DNA of 64,000 nt from Blastocatellia bacterium (GCA_016789725.1 JAEUQN010000001.1:78588-142587), one strand, 5' to 3'; positions 19,484 to 29,981 are shown, numbered from the stretch's first letter. The notes: generated by a model from the letters alone, not told the origin. Translations and numbers: made by a program.

Positions 19484-22400
19484 TCAACGGTCAAACATCT
19501 CGTCATAGATACTTGCAGGCGCTGCTGCTGCAATTTCAGTGCGCTCCGGTTCCGTTTGCAATGTGCGTTCGATGCTTTCTGCGCGCTCTTGCCGTTCGTC
19601 GGTACGACCTTCCTTGGCGTGTGTGTAGTCGGATTGCTGATCGTCGCGCATCATCATTGCATTGCGTGTTGCGAGAGCTTGATCGGTGGGCAATTCTTGC
19701 TCACGATTTGTCGTAACTTCGGTTCTTTCGGTCGAACGTTCCAAGCCAGGTTCGCGTTCTATTGCCTGATCTACCAACCGATCCAGTTTCTCGAAGCCGC
19801 CATAGTATTTCTCGCGGGCCGTGAGTTCGGAATGCTGAAACGCTTGCAACATCTCGCGCTCCTGGGGCGTCGCTTGTTGCATCGCTTGGGCCGTGAAGTC
19901 GTTGTTGTTGACTTGTTCTCGGCTTTCCGCGATTGCATTATGACGGGCTGTTTCTGCGCGTGTTGCCGCCTCCCGTAAATACTCCCGGCTGCCTTCCGGG
20001 AGATTGAGGGTTGCGAGTTTGTCACTGAACTGCTGACTATTCGCGCGTCCTTCGTAGTGATCTTTGATGAGCGGCACAAGCTCATCTTTTCGCCCTTCCA
20101 ATACTGCTTTGTAGCCTGGTTCCTGAAGGCCACTCTTCCAAGTGTTAGCCCATTCTGTGCGACCGGCAGATGCCGCTTGCTCCTGCCCTTGCGCTTCGGC
20201 CACGCGCGCTACAATTTCTTGCTTGTGACGGTTGAGCGCATCGCGGGCATTCAGCACATCATTTTGATATTCGCGCATTGTCTCCACTTGCTTGAAGACC
20301 TGATGAGCGGTCAGGTCTTTCTCGGCAACGCTCTGGCCGCGCGCTTCTGCATTGTCTTTGCGGCGATGAATCTCATCGGGTATTGTTGCGACCCACGTTT
20401 CTTTGGAAATCTCTCGTGATAAGAATTCTTTGCTTTCCGGGTTCTGGCGAACGGTCACTTGTCCATCTGCCACCATACGCACTTGTGTGACTACCTCGGT
20501 CTTGGGATCGGCTTTTGCCGCTGTTATGGCCTCGGCGTAGGCTTGATAGCTGCGACTATGAATCGCAACGGCTCCATACAGCCGCTCGCCTGCGTCACGG
20601 CGCAGATGTAGCTCCTCGCTGGCCTGCTTGGCGATAAGGTTCACATAGCGCCGCTCGACATCGTTCAGCGTAGGACGACCCTCTTGTTTGCTGATGGCTT
20701 CTTCCAGCCGCTGACTGAGCGTGTCATGGTCACGCGCAGATTGAATTCGGGTGACGACTTCCTGCGCTTGTGGACTCGCTTTCTCCGGCGCATGCACTAA
20801 GGACTCGGCGCGCAGGCTGGTGACTTGTTGGTAGATAAAATCTTTCTCCGTCGGCCTGAGTTGCGCGACATTTTCCCGCAATTGCCAGGACTGTTCCTGG
20901 GGCGTCATCTCGCGTGAGAGTTTGGTGTTGGGGTTCACTAATGCGGCAAACCGATTGAGCTTTCCGATGTCGGGTCGTCCTTCGCGATCACGCTGTAGAT
21001 CAAGCGCCGTGATGATCTTCTGAACTGGCTCCGAGAGTTGTGTTTTCCCCTGCTGCATTCGCTCCACTTCGTTGCGCTTGTCTTGGGCTGTGAGAAGAGT
21101 GTCATGGAGTGCGCGGTGCATCTCCGGCGTGTAGTGCTGGGTGTGTGGGCCAGGGTTGGCCAGCAGCGCGCGTTGCTCGGTCGTAAATTTCCGATGACTG
21201 GTCTCCTCGCCTGCGCGTTGTTTGGCGGCATTGCTGTTGTTGAAGTCGCGGATCTGACGCGCCATCTTCTCTACATCGTCTGCGGTTTTTTGTTGGCGCA
21301 GAGCCTCGACAGCTCGTTGAAAGACGGGTGAGCGATTGCTCTCTCGCACGTAAGCATCCTCGCGCAGAACTTGTTGGGTGTACTGTTCGGTGAAACGCAC
21401 CAAGCTTTGATATTCCGCTTTGATGTCTGCGGGAGAAGCGCCTTTGGCCCGCGCGGTTTCGATGGCTGCCAAGTGGCTCTCATATTCCCGTGCGTTTTGT
21501 TGGGCGCGATAGGCTTCTCTTCCGGGTCTGTCTTCGATTCGGAGCGGGCGTTCGGCTTGCGCGTCGTTGTAGTTGCGCACATATTCGTTGATCTGGCGTT
21601 GTCCTGCCTGAGATGTCTCCCAATGCGGATTGGGCGCAAGTAATAATTCTTTGTCGCGCGGGCTGAGGTATGGATTCATCAACACCCGCTCGGCAAAGAT
21701 CATTTCTCGTTCCGCTGTCATCGGGCGTTCGCCCATTTTCAGCCGATCTGCATACATCTCCCGAAAATGAGTGTGTTCGCCCTCTGGTGCATTGGTACGA
21801 AGCGCGAATTCCTGCGCCCTTGTCGCATAATCTCGTGACGCCTTGTGCGCCCATTCAGGACTTTGGGCGAGTTGTTGCAGTTCGAAGGAATTGAAGCTAT
21901 TGGCCCGCGCTATTTCTTGCACATGTTGGTATTCGCGTGCGCCTTGCGCCTTGAGATGATCAGTCAAATCTAGTGTTTCTTTGTTGCCAACGTAGGCAGA
22001 ATGCTCCAATAAAGTCGCTGTTTCTTTGCGCGACAATCCTGCGTTGAGAATGTCCTGTCCCAAGCGTTCTGCGTCGGCAGGTGAAAGCTGTCCTTGCTGA
22101 TAAGCGTCGTATCGCCCCGCCAAACCTTGTCCGCGCTCGGTGCTGAGAATCCGGGCGACATCCTGTTGCTGATCGAGATAGTGTCCAGCGAAACGTTGGA
22201 CAGTGCGCGCGCCTTCGACTAACTCTCGCGGGCTGATCTGTAAACGCAATGCTTCCGTGATGCTCGGCATGGCGGTTCTGACGAGATATTGGTCGGTAAA
22301 GAGATGTTCATTGCCTGGGAGGCTGGTTTGCTGATCCAAACCGCCAATCCGAATGGCAGAAGTATTGAAAACTGTCCCTTCTCGCACGGCCTCGAAATCC

Positions 22401-23263
22401 TGCTCCTCGTATCGTTCCTCGGCAAGCTCATACTCTGTGACTTCAAATTCGTCAGCGTGACTGACACTGAAGACTTCTCTCTCGTCGTAGATGATCTGGC
22501 GATCTTCGATCTCTATGTCACGGTCGAACTCCGTTCGGTCTTCGGCTTCCAGCCGCACCAGCTCCTGATCCATTGCACCTCGCGCTTCCAAAATGTACTC
22601 GCTGTTGCCGCTGGCCCCGCCTTGTTCCATCAAGTCATCTTTGGAAAACTCTACAGCTTGGAGTTGCGCTGCGATTTCGCCCATTTGCGTTAAGGCTTCG
22701 CGTGTCGCCGTCAAACGCTCCGCATCCGGGCGATACCCGCCGCGCTCGTCGAAATTGATGGGGCGGAGATATTCATTGATGATCTCTAGTTTGTACGTCG
22801 TATCCGCATTGCGCCCCGCGATGGCTTGAATGTGATCGTGAAACTCCCGCGCCATTTCCCGCGTTGGCAAGTGCTGTATCAAATAGGCAAATTCACCTTT
22901 GTGTGGCTCGTCCGTGTTGGGAGTCGTGCGGGTGTGTTCTTCCGTTGGAATGATGGCGACTTCGCGATTGGCCGTGGCCCCAGCTTCATACATTTCCGCT
23001 AACGTGGTGTAGCCGTCGGCGCGTAACTTACTGGCCCATTGCGCCCGATCATAGCCTTCCGGGGGATTGAATACCGTACTTAAGTCGTCACGGTTGACTA
23101 AATGATGTTCCCCCGTCGCACCCGCAGATCGAGCCACAATCTCCACCATTGTGGCTTTTCCGTAGGGGCTTTTGTGTTCGTCCAATAAGTCCTGAACGCG
23201 TTTGTCTTGGTACGTTGCGGAGTCGGGAAGTTGTCGAAATGGATTGTAGCTCTCACTGGCCAT
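19484..23263 (-). CDS. large acidic, repeat-rich hypothetical protein (1259 aa)
   Basis: Long intact ORF with Gln/Glu/Arg/Ala-rich helical repeats. No enzymatic motif recognised. It is convergent with the MTase, leaving only a 20-bp gap. Confidence 0.45.
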   Translation of the reverse strand: MASESYNPFRQLPDSATYQDKRVQDLLDEHKSPYGKATMVEIVARSAGATGEHHLVNRDDLSTVFNPPEGYDRAQWASKLRADGYTTLAEMYEAGATANREVAIIPTEEHTRTTPNTDEPHKGEFAYLIQHLPTREMAREFHDHIQAIAGRNADTTYKLEIINEYLRPINFDERGGYRPDAERLTATREALTQMGEIAAQLQAVEFSKDDLMEQGGASGNSEYILEARGAMDQELVRLEAEDRTEFDRDIEIEDRQIIYDEREVFSVSHADEFEVTEYELAEERYEEQDFEAVREGTVFNTSAIRIGGLDQQTSLPGNEHLFTDQYLVRTAMPSITEALRLQISPRELVEGARTVQRFAGHYLDQQQDVARILSTERGQGLAGRYDAYQQGQLSPADAERLGQDILNAGLSRKETATLLEHSAYVGNKETLDLTDHLKAQGAREYQHVQEIARANSFNSFELQQLAQSPEWAHKASRDYATRAQEFALRTNAPEGEHTHFREMYADRLKMGERPMTAEREMIFAERVLMNPYLSPRDKELLLAPNPHWETSQAGQRQINEYVRNYNDAQAERPLRIEDRPGREAYRAQQNAREYESHLAAIETARAKGASPADIKAEYQSLVRFTEQYTQQVLREDAYVRESNRSPVFQRAVEALRQQKTADDVEKMARQIRDFNNSNAAKQRAGEETSHRKFTTEQRALLANPGPHTQHYTPEMHRALHDTLLTAQDKRNEVERMQQGKTQLSEPVQKIITALDLQRDREGRPDIGKLNRFAALVNPNTKLSREMTPQEQSWQLRENVAQLRPTEKDFIYQQVTSLRAESLVHAPEKASPQAQEVVTRIQSARDHDTLSQRLEEAISKQEGRPTLNDVERRYVNLIAKQASEELHLRRDAGERLYGAVAIHSRSYQAYAEAITAAKADPKTEVVTQVRMVADGQVTVRQNPESKEFLSREISKETWVATIPDEIHRRKDNAEARGQSVAEKDLTAHQVFKQVETMREYQNDVLNARDALNRHKQEIVARVAEAQGQEQAASAGRTEWANTWKSGLQEPGYKAVLEGRKDELVPLIKDHYEGRANSQQFSDKLATLNLPEGSREYLREAATRAETARHNAIAESREQVNNNDFTAQAMQQATPQEREMLQAFQHSELTAREKYYGGFEKLDRLVDQAIEREPGLERSTERTEVTTNREQELPTDQALATRNAMMMRDDQQSDYTHAKEGRTDERQERAESIERTLQTEPERTEIAAAAPASIYDEMFDR

Positions 23264-23568
23264 GCCGCGTTCTCCTGAAAACAGTTCGCTCCGATCAAGG
23301 CTGCCAATGCAAAATGACCTGACGAAACAGAGTTCTTGCTGCTTCTTCAGGTCATCTTCGCTTTATGCAACTTCTATGCGAGACGTAGGTAACTTCAAGA
23401 AATGGGCATACGGAAGGAAGGTGATGCTCTAAGGTGTGCGCTGCCATCACTTCCTCACCCCAATGCTCGGTCAGCAATCCGTTGTTGAATTTTCCCCGGT
23501 AGGTTGTGGCAAAGATGGTTCGCGCCTGCTTCGTGTAGGCCGCACGCCAGGACTGATAGCTTCTCGCT

Positions 23569-24219
23569 TTATTTCCCTTTCCTGAATTCCTCCGCCGTCA
23601 TCAGCTTTGCAAAGTACCGTTCGCCTTCCTTCTTGCCAGCCAAATAAATCCCTCGGCCTTCACCGTCATGCGTGTAGGGTTCCCCACTCAAAAACGCATT
23701 CGCCCGATACCCTGCTGGCGGAACGCAGTTGAGATAATGCTGATACTGCTCCTCTGTTGTCTCGCGCCACATGGGGGCAAACAGATTCAAGTCAAATACG
23801 GTCGTCGGGAAGATATGCCGCATGACTGATGGATGATTGCATTGTTTGATGCAGTGATAAGCGCGCGCGCCGTTTTCAAAGCGTTGGATCACAATGCTTG
23901 CTGGACTCGCCAAAAAGCCACGCAGCAAATCCGCTGTGTTGGCGTGAACGCCGATTCTTTCATCGCCGCCGGCGACCATTCCGCGATCCAGCTTGTGCGC
24001 GAACCATAGACCGAATTGGTCTATCATAATGGTGTGGGAGTCCTGTCCTAATTGCATGCCGTTGCGTTGTTGTTCCTGGGCGTAGCCTGGGACTTTGCCA
24101 TCGTATTCTGTGATGAAGAGATTGGGCGTGAGATAGCTTTCCGGTGAGAGTACATTTCTTTGTTGATTGGACATATTGCTTGGTAGAGAGGTTGTCGGGT
24201 GTAAGTGACTGGACGACAC
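23569..24219 (-). CDS. hypothetical protein (216 aa)
   Basis: Intact ORF. No motifs recognised. Confidence 0.4.
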   Translation of the reverse strand: MSSSHLHPTTSLPSNMSNQQRNVLSPESYLTPNLFITEYDGKVPGYAQEQQRNGMQLGQDSHTIMIDQFGLWFAHKLDRGMVAGGDERIGVHANTADLLRGFLASPASIVIQRFENGARAYHCIKQCNHPSVMRHIFPTTVFDLNLFAPMWRETTEEQYQHYLNCVPPAGYRANAFLSGEPYTHDGEGRGIYLAGKKEGERYFAKLMTAEEFRKGK

Positions 24220-24281
24220 TTGGTGATTCGCCCAGCGTCTGTAATCGTGTGAGAGGAGCCACGTATTTTGTAATGGGTGGC

Positions 24282-24866
24282 CTATTTGACGGCGAGACGA
24301 GCAATTCCTTCTTCGCCGATCATTTCGTAAGCAAACCCTTGCTTACCGAAAGCTGCGAGAAAATCTGTGGTGACCTGGATTAAGTCAGCGGTGCTTTTGA
24401 TTGCCACTGGAACTTTTAGAGAGTCGTCGTGCTTTGTGCGCTGCCGGATGTACAGCCACACCCCTGCCACCATCAATTCTTCGACCGTCTTGGCTTTCGT
24501 AAGCGCCCGTTGATAAAACTTCTGTACGGCTGTATAGCTGGTTTGCGAGGTGTGTTTCCCTTCTAACGCGACACTGGCGTAATAGCCGTACTGCTGGTCA
24601 TCATACACGCCCCAATCTGGATAATTCTGACACCACTCTTCATTGCTTTTGATGAGGGAAGCACGATCTTCCGCGAGACGCGCCCAGATGTCGGTCTCTG
24701 CCGCAAAAGGAGTATCGTTGGGCGTGACACTGCGATCCCAATGCCAATCGCGTGCGCGACGTCGCGGACTCACTTCCCAGCAATTGTTGTCGCCGCTTTC
24801 GATCATGGGCAGATACTGGCCCTCGGCTTTGATGAATAGAGAACGGTACAAAATTCGATAGCTCAT
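24282..24866 (-). CDS. hypothetical protein (194 aa)
   Basis: Intact ORF immediately upstream of the 216-aa gene on the same strand. Confidence 0.4.
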   Translation of the reverse strand: MSYRILYRSLFIKAEGQYLPMIESGDNNCWEVSPRRRARDWHWDRSVTPNDTPFAAETDIWARLAEDRASLIKSNEEWCQNYPDWGVYDDQQYGYYASVALEGKHTSQTSYTAVQKFYQRALTKAKTVEELMVAGVWLYIRQRTKHDDSLKVPVAIKSTADLIQVTTDFLAAFGKQGFAYEMIGEEGIARLAVK

Positions 24867-25199
24867 AGTATGAAATGAATTGGTCGAGTTGTGATTGGTT
24901 GGGTTATCGCAGCAATTGTGCGAGTGATGAGGCGACTGTGATTGCTCCGTTGATTTAGACGATCATACCACCGTAAAGCATTTTGACTTCGGCTTTCCAA
25001 CATTCAATCTGTGGATACTCTGCTGCGCATGAAAAGAGTCCTTTCATTGCGATCATCTCCTTCCAGCCAGGTTCTTCCACTAAATCGTCAGGGAGAACGC
25101 GAGTCCTCGTATGTGAGATTGATGTGCATTGGCGAGGTGTTGTTGCAAGCGACGGCAGTGTTCTTGGAGTCGGTGAATCACTCCTGAATCTATCGTGCG

Positions 25200-25589
25200 C
25201 TAATCGTTACGCTGTGATTCCAGTTGCAACAGGGGCACGACTAACTGGTATATCTTTTTCGCAAGTGCCTGACAATCTGTCTTGTCTGGTCGCGCCTCAT
25301 CGCTGTACTCGTGATCGAAGATGATGCTTGCAATCGCTTCCTCCGGCTCAATCTGAGCCTCTGTATCCAACTGTGCTGGTTGTTCTGTCGCAGGCTTTTG
25401 TTCGACTTTGATGCGGCCCGTACGGTAGCCATAAGAAATGGCGTTGGCTTTGATGAGTTCGATGATCTCATCCTTTGGAACTTCCTGTGTCCCTGCGAAA
25501 TGAAGTTGGATCGTGGCTTCGCTTTCTTCGAGCAGCGAAATCCAAATCTGGGGTGCGAGGAGAAGAATGGCTTGTTGCAATGCGGTCAT
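25200..25589 (-). CDS. small acidic hypothetical protein (129 aa)
   Basis: Acidic composition. Lies downstream of the relaxase operon on the same strand. Confidence 0.35.
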   Translation of the reverse strand: MTALQQAILLLAPQIWISLLEESEATIQLHFAGTQEVPKDEIIELIKANAISYGYRTGRIKVEQKPATEQPAQLDTEAQIEPEEAIASIIFDHEYSDEARPDKTDCQALAKKIYQLVVPLLQLESQRND

Positions 25590-25599
25590 AGGCGAGTCG

Positions 25600-25851
25600 T
25601 CAGATGGACGTTTGTTGTTGTTGGCTGGTTCTGTGTGTCTCTTTGGCGAAGACAGTGATCGGTTCCAGGTTCCTCAATTCGTGAATCAAAATGCTTTCGT
25701 TCAGATCAGGGTCGAAGTCAAAACCAGCTTGCCGCGCTAATTCGTTCACCTCGTCGGCATTGAGCGACGGTGATAGCAAATCTTTGAGAGATTGCACTAT
25801 CGCTACGGTTTCGCCGTATTCGTGTTGATGAACGAGAATATATGGTTTCAT
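25600..25851 (-). CDS. small hypothetical protein (~83 aa, internal Met start MKPYILVHQ)
   Basis: ORF 25600..25965. The N-terminal 38 aa look non-protein-like, so the later Met is preferred. Confidence 0.3.
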   Translation of the reverse strand: MKPYILVHQHEYGETVAIVQSLKDLLSPSLNADEVNELARQAGFDFDPDLNESILIHELRNLEPITVFAKETHRTSQQQQTSI

Positions 25852-25984
25852 GCCGATTCCTTGTGGTGGGTCTGATGGAAGCTTTCGTTGGTTGCGAAAA
25901 GACAATGAAGTAGTTCCTGTCTCGCAACCTCCCTGTCTTGATAAGAGACGCGCTGGCCTTCTCAATGGTTCGTGGCGTGGTTTC

Positions 25985-26434
25985 TTAATATTCAGGGCCA
26001 GCGACGTCAGCCGTTGTGAGTGTCGCCGCCGCTTCCATTGCCAAGTCAGTCAAATCGAGATGCCTCAATTCACCTTCGGAATTGATCACCCAGGCTTGTG
26101 CGTTGAGATACCGCATCTTTTCGTTACCGACTTCAAGGATGATAGCGACTTGTCCCTGTGCGAGCAATTGGCACAGTTCGCCCAACACGTCGGTATCTTC
26201 TTCGGTTTCTAGGTCCCAGCCATTATTCGAGAATCCACTTTCCTTGCTGTCGGACATCAGGAAGCCGACGCGATTCTCCTTTTCGATCAATTCCAGATTG
26301 TGTCGTTCGCAGAATGCTTGGAATGCTTCTGCATCGTTAACTTCAAAGTAATTGGATCGGAATTTTGCTTCGTAATTTGCCATAGGTGATTTTTGCTTCG
26401 AGTTTAGTGGCTGCCTTATCGCTCCGGCATCCAA
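25985..26434 (-). CDS. acidic hypothetical protein (149 aa)
   Basis: Overlaps the relaxase stop by 19 nt. Asp/Glu-rich. Possible DNA-mimic or anti-restriction candidate; this is inference only. Confidence 0.4.
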   Translation of the reverse strand: MDAGAIRQPLNSKQKSPMANYEAKFRSNYFEVNDAEAFQAFCERHNLELIEKENRVGFLMSDSKESGFSNNGWDLETEEDTDVLGELCQLLAQGQVAIILEVGNEKMRYLNAQAWVINSEGELRHLDLTDLAMEAAATLTTADVAGPEY

Positions 26435-28662
26435 TCCACGTCTGCGCGCTGTTCTTGCGCTGGCGTGCGTTCGATGGTTTCCGTGCGTTCGGGGTCGGTT
26501 TGCGATTGCGCTTCAATGCGGCTCATTTGTTCGATTACTTCTCGCTCTTCTTCCCGCTCCATTCCTTTCCGTTCATATTCCCAGCTAAGCTGCTGTTGCG
26601 TTTGCTCTTTGAACTCTTGCACCGCTTCTTTGTCGCGGCCCGCTAAGGTATGAACGTGCTGCAACATCTCTGCCAATGCTTTTGTCTCGTGGCTCGGCTT
26701 GAAATTGAAAAGCCGCTGCGTGTCATTGTAGAGGGATTGTTTGAGGCTCAGCGCGACTTCCTGACCTGCCTTGTCGGTGACGACCATCGTTGTCCGTTCG
26801 CCGCGTTTTTCGATCTGGTCAAGCGCGAAATTCGCACTTCGTTCTTCCCTCGCCACTAACGCCTGCATTCGTAGGTCGTGGTCTGCCAAGGCTCGCCCAA
26901 CATCGTTGCTGCTCATCCTATCCGCCACAATTTCTGCTTTCCGCGCTTCTTTCAGTAGCTCAATATCACGCGTCTCTACTGCAATTCGCGTGATCTCTGC
27001 GTATTCGCTGAACCGCAAGGTCGGGCGAACCGTGTCTTTCTCGCCACTTGCTTGCTGCTGTAAGAAAGTTGTGATGCCCGCCAACGATTCGCGCGTCTGT
27101 GCCAGTCCTTCGGCTTTTCGCTCCAGATAGTCACCAATTCTGGCGACGGGTTCCTTCGCGGCTTCGGCTTTCTCCTGTTTGGCGTATCGAACACTGGGGA
27201 TTACATTCTCAAGGTTGATGTTGCCATTGTAATCAACGTATTTTGCCTGGTGCGCTAAATACTGTGCTTCCCGCAACGCTGACGCATACGATCTTCCTTC
27301 GACCACTTCCTTGTTTTTGCCGTTCTCAAAGCGGTGCAGGTCGTTTTCGTTTCCTTGCAAGCGGGCTTGTGTGAGCAATTGTTGTCCACGCAGCCAGCTT
27401 TGCTGTTTCGCTTCATCGAAGCCGTTCTTCTGCCGCTCGGCTGCCAATGCCAACGCCAAGCGATCTACCTTGCCGCTGCGAATCGCCTCCGTTTTGATCC
27501 AATCCGCTTGCGCCTGAGTAAGTTTGGGAATGACGTGCGCGCCCTCAACCCCCAGCGATTCGCGCCCGACGCTTACTCGCTCCTCGTAGTCGTTAACCTG
27601 TCCTTGTAATTGCTGCGCCTTCGCTTCCAACTGCGACTGAATGGCTTCTTTGTGCAGCGCGTACTTTTGCTCCATCTCTTCTTTCGCTTGCGGTACGGTT
27701 TGCAAATTGGGTTTGATGCCTTCTCTGCGCAGCTTGGCAAAGGCTTCATCATTGATCCGCTTGTCAATGTCATACAGCGAAAGGGGGCGAAGCTCGCCCT
27801 CTACACGAAACTTCCAACGTTCGCCATGATCCTCCAACGAAGCTTGTTGGCGACGTAACGCGTCCAGCTTCGTCTCCTGAAGCAATTGCAGTCCCTTCGC
27901 TTCAGCAAGGTCTTTGGTGATTGCAATGTTGGATTTTGGTTCGCTGGTCTCATATTGCTCGGCTTCTGAGTCAAATCGTTCTGCCCTCAGCAGTGGTTCG
28001 TTGTACTCCGATCTCGGTTGTTGGCTGTCCGTAATCGGAGTCATTGTCTGCGCCACATCGCGCGCAAAACCAACTGACCGCTCATAGTCTGGGTTGCGTT
28101 CTCGAAAAGCGGCTTGCTGTTGGTCGAGTTCGGCTTCGAGGCGCGCCAGAAACGGACTCGGTATGACTACTTTGTCCGCTCCGAATCCTTCCGACTTCGG
28201 CAGCCACCGATAGGGCATTTCGTTGAGCGTCATCTGCTTTCTGTGTTCTGTGTTCTTGTACTCCTTCCAAATCACGACGTGAGTGTGCGGATTGTCGGTA
28301 TTCAGATGAATTCCAGCTACCCATCGCAAATGATCTGCCTTGATTGACTCTCTTGCTTCTTCCATTCCCTGGCGAATTACCTCCCGGAATGCGGCGGTAC
28401 GCTCTTTGTCTGTGGCTCCCATTTTGTCGAAATCCTCCGGGCGCAAGGACAGCACCAGGTGAAAGGTGTCGGCGCGGCTGAGCGTATCTTTTCCGTTCAA
28501 GATGCGATTGGCTTCTTCGACAGAAAGCTTGTCGTGTTCAGCCGAAAAGAGATCGCGGTGCTGCCTCCCTTCGCGGCTTTCATCCCGATCTCGCTCAGAA
28601 ATGTATTTCGTCGGAGACATTGCGGCGCTTTTGGCTTGTGGCGCTCGGATGGAAACTCTCAT
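26416..28662 (-). CDS. Relaxase (MobA/VirD2 family) with long coiled-coil C-terminal extension
   Basis: His-triad motif HLNTDNPHTHVVIW (HxDxxxPHxH). An N-terminal Tyr-containing region SPTKYISERD. 748 aa. Confidence 0.7.
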   Translation of the reverse strand: MRVSIRAPQAKSAAMSPTKYISERDRDESREGRQHRDLFSAEHDKLSVEEANRILNGKDTLSRADTFHLVLSLRPEDFDKMGATDKERTAAFREVIRQGMEEARESIKADHLRWVAGIHLNTDNPHTHVVIWKEYKNTEHRKQMTLNEMPYRWLPKSEGFGADKVVIPSPFLARLEAELDQQQAAFRERNPDYERSVGFARDVAQTMTPITDSQQPRSEYNEPLLRAERFDSEAEQYETSEPKSNIAITKDLAEAKGLQLLQETKLDALRRQQASLEDHGERWKFRVEGELRPLSLYDIDKRINDEAFAKLRREGIKPNLQTVPQAKEEMEQKYALHKEAIQSQLEAKAQQLQGQVNDYEERVSVGRESLGVEGAHVIPKLTQAQADWIKTEAIRSGKVDRLALALAAERQKNGFDEAKQQSWLRGQQLLTQARLQGNENDLHRFENGKNKEVVEGRSYASALREAQYLAHQAKYVDYNGNINLENVIPSVRYAKQEKAEAAKEPVARIGDYLERKAEGLAQTRESLAGITTFLQQQASGEKDTVRPTLRFSEYAEITRIAVETRDIELLKEARKAEIVADRMSSNDVGRALADHDLRMQALVAREERSANFALDQIEKRGERTTMVVTDKAGQEVALSLKQSLYNDTQRLFNFKPSHETKALAEMLQHVHTLAGRDKEAVQEFKEQTQQQLSWEYERKGMEREEEREVIEQMSRIEAQSQTDPERTETIERTPAQEQRADVDWMPER

Positions 28663-28730
28663 AATCCTTCATAGATTTTCGGGATTCGTTTTTCGTCAAA
28701 CTCAAACCGAGAGGCGAATGTTGACAACCA

Positions 28731-29339
28731 TTATTTGGGTTCTTCGTTGAGAAGAAGTTTCCGATACTTACTGATTTGGGCTTCGACCTTCTCCAAACCG
28801 GCAGCAAGAATCTTTGGTGCTTCCGGGTCTTTGCCGAGTAAGGCTTGTGTGAGATGGGCCGTTAAGGTTGACTCGCCAGTCATCGCCAACAGAATCTTGC
28901 TGAGGTTGTTGTTCTGTTCGCGCAGGAGTTCAATTTGCGTGAGTAAGCGGGCGTTCTCATCTATGGTTACTTGCAGCGCGATCAAGTCTTTACTGAGCTT
29001 GTCGAATTGAATCCCATTCACATCCTGCGCATGCCTGCTCGATACCTGGATGTGTTCGACAAGCTCGCCGATGATTTCCCCTTTGAGGATCGCGATACTT
29101 TGTGGGGAGTTCGGGTTGAACTTTCCTTCGCGGATATCCTTGTACTCTTCGCCACGTTCTTCGGCCTTGATGCCAAGTTCAATGAGTCTGCGCAGGTATC
29201 GTTGCTCATTGTAGAGCGGCGACTTCCGCTTTTTCTCGTTCAAGTAGGCGCGCTGCTCTTTCTTGAGTCGGAGCGGAATCGGATTACTTTCAAATTCAGA
29301 GGGCTTCTTCTTCTTGAGCAAAGCAGGTTTCGATTTCAT
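28731..29339 (-). CDS. relaxosome accessory protein (MobC-like), 202 aa
   Basis: Lies immediately upstream of the relaxase on the same strand. Basic N-terminus (LRLKKEQRAYLNEKKRK) followed by a coiled coil. Confidence 0.4.
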   Translation of the reverse strand: MKSKPALLKKKKPSEFESNPIPLRLKKEQRAYLNEKKRKSPLYNEQRYLRRLIELGIKAEERGEEYKDIREGKFNPNSPQSIAILKGEIIGELVEHIQVSSRHAQDVNGIQFDKLSKDLIALQVTIDENARLLTQIELLREQNNNLSKILLAMTGESTLTAHLTQALLGKDPEAPKILAAGLEKVEAQISKYRKLLLNEEPK

Positions 29340-29972
29340 ACAATTCGTCGCACCTTTCTGGAAAAATTCGCCGAGGAGGCAAACTGGAAATATCCTTACT
29401 TGTGGAATGAGCTAGACGATTGTGGCTGCGGCAATTAACGTGCCAGATTATACTTGTATAACTTGTTATCGCCGGAAATTTACCTCACGCAATTGGTTGC
29501 AATGTTTCGGCTTACACGCTGTTTCGGAGAACTTTGCGAATTCCTTCCTGCGCCCACCGCCGAAATACCCCAACCATTCCCAAAGAACGAAGACTTGATG
29601 GCATTGTCAGAGGCACGGACGGAAGCACGGCGAAGAGAAAATCCACAGGGGAGAGGCAAAGACGAAGGGGGCAAAGCTCATTCGGCAGACCGTTCAGGTG
29701 GCTCGATGGAGGAAGAACGCTCAAACGGTGATTGACGGATGAAGGACAGTGCTGGCTGTCAACGCGAGGGTGCTTATGGCTCAAGCCGAATTATCAAAGA
29801 GCGAGATGCAGGGACGATGAGGCGCATTCCACTCTGATTTATTCCTGACGTGACATGGAAGCGGGAAGAAAGAGGGAGGGGTTTACGAAAGGAAAAAGAA
29901 AAGGCGGTGATCCGAAGACAACCGCCGAAAGACAAGGAGTATTGAGATGCGAAGAACACAACGATATGAACC

Positions 29973-29981
29973 GTAAAAACC
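29973..29981 (-). promoter_or_regulatory. GT[AG]AAAACC motif instance 1
   Basis: ccGTAAAAACCaa. It lies between the DUF4326 stop and the mobC-like gene. Confidence 0.3.
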
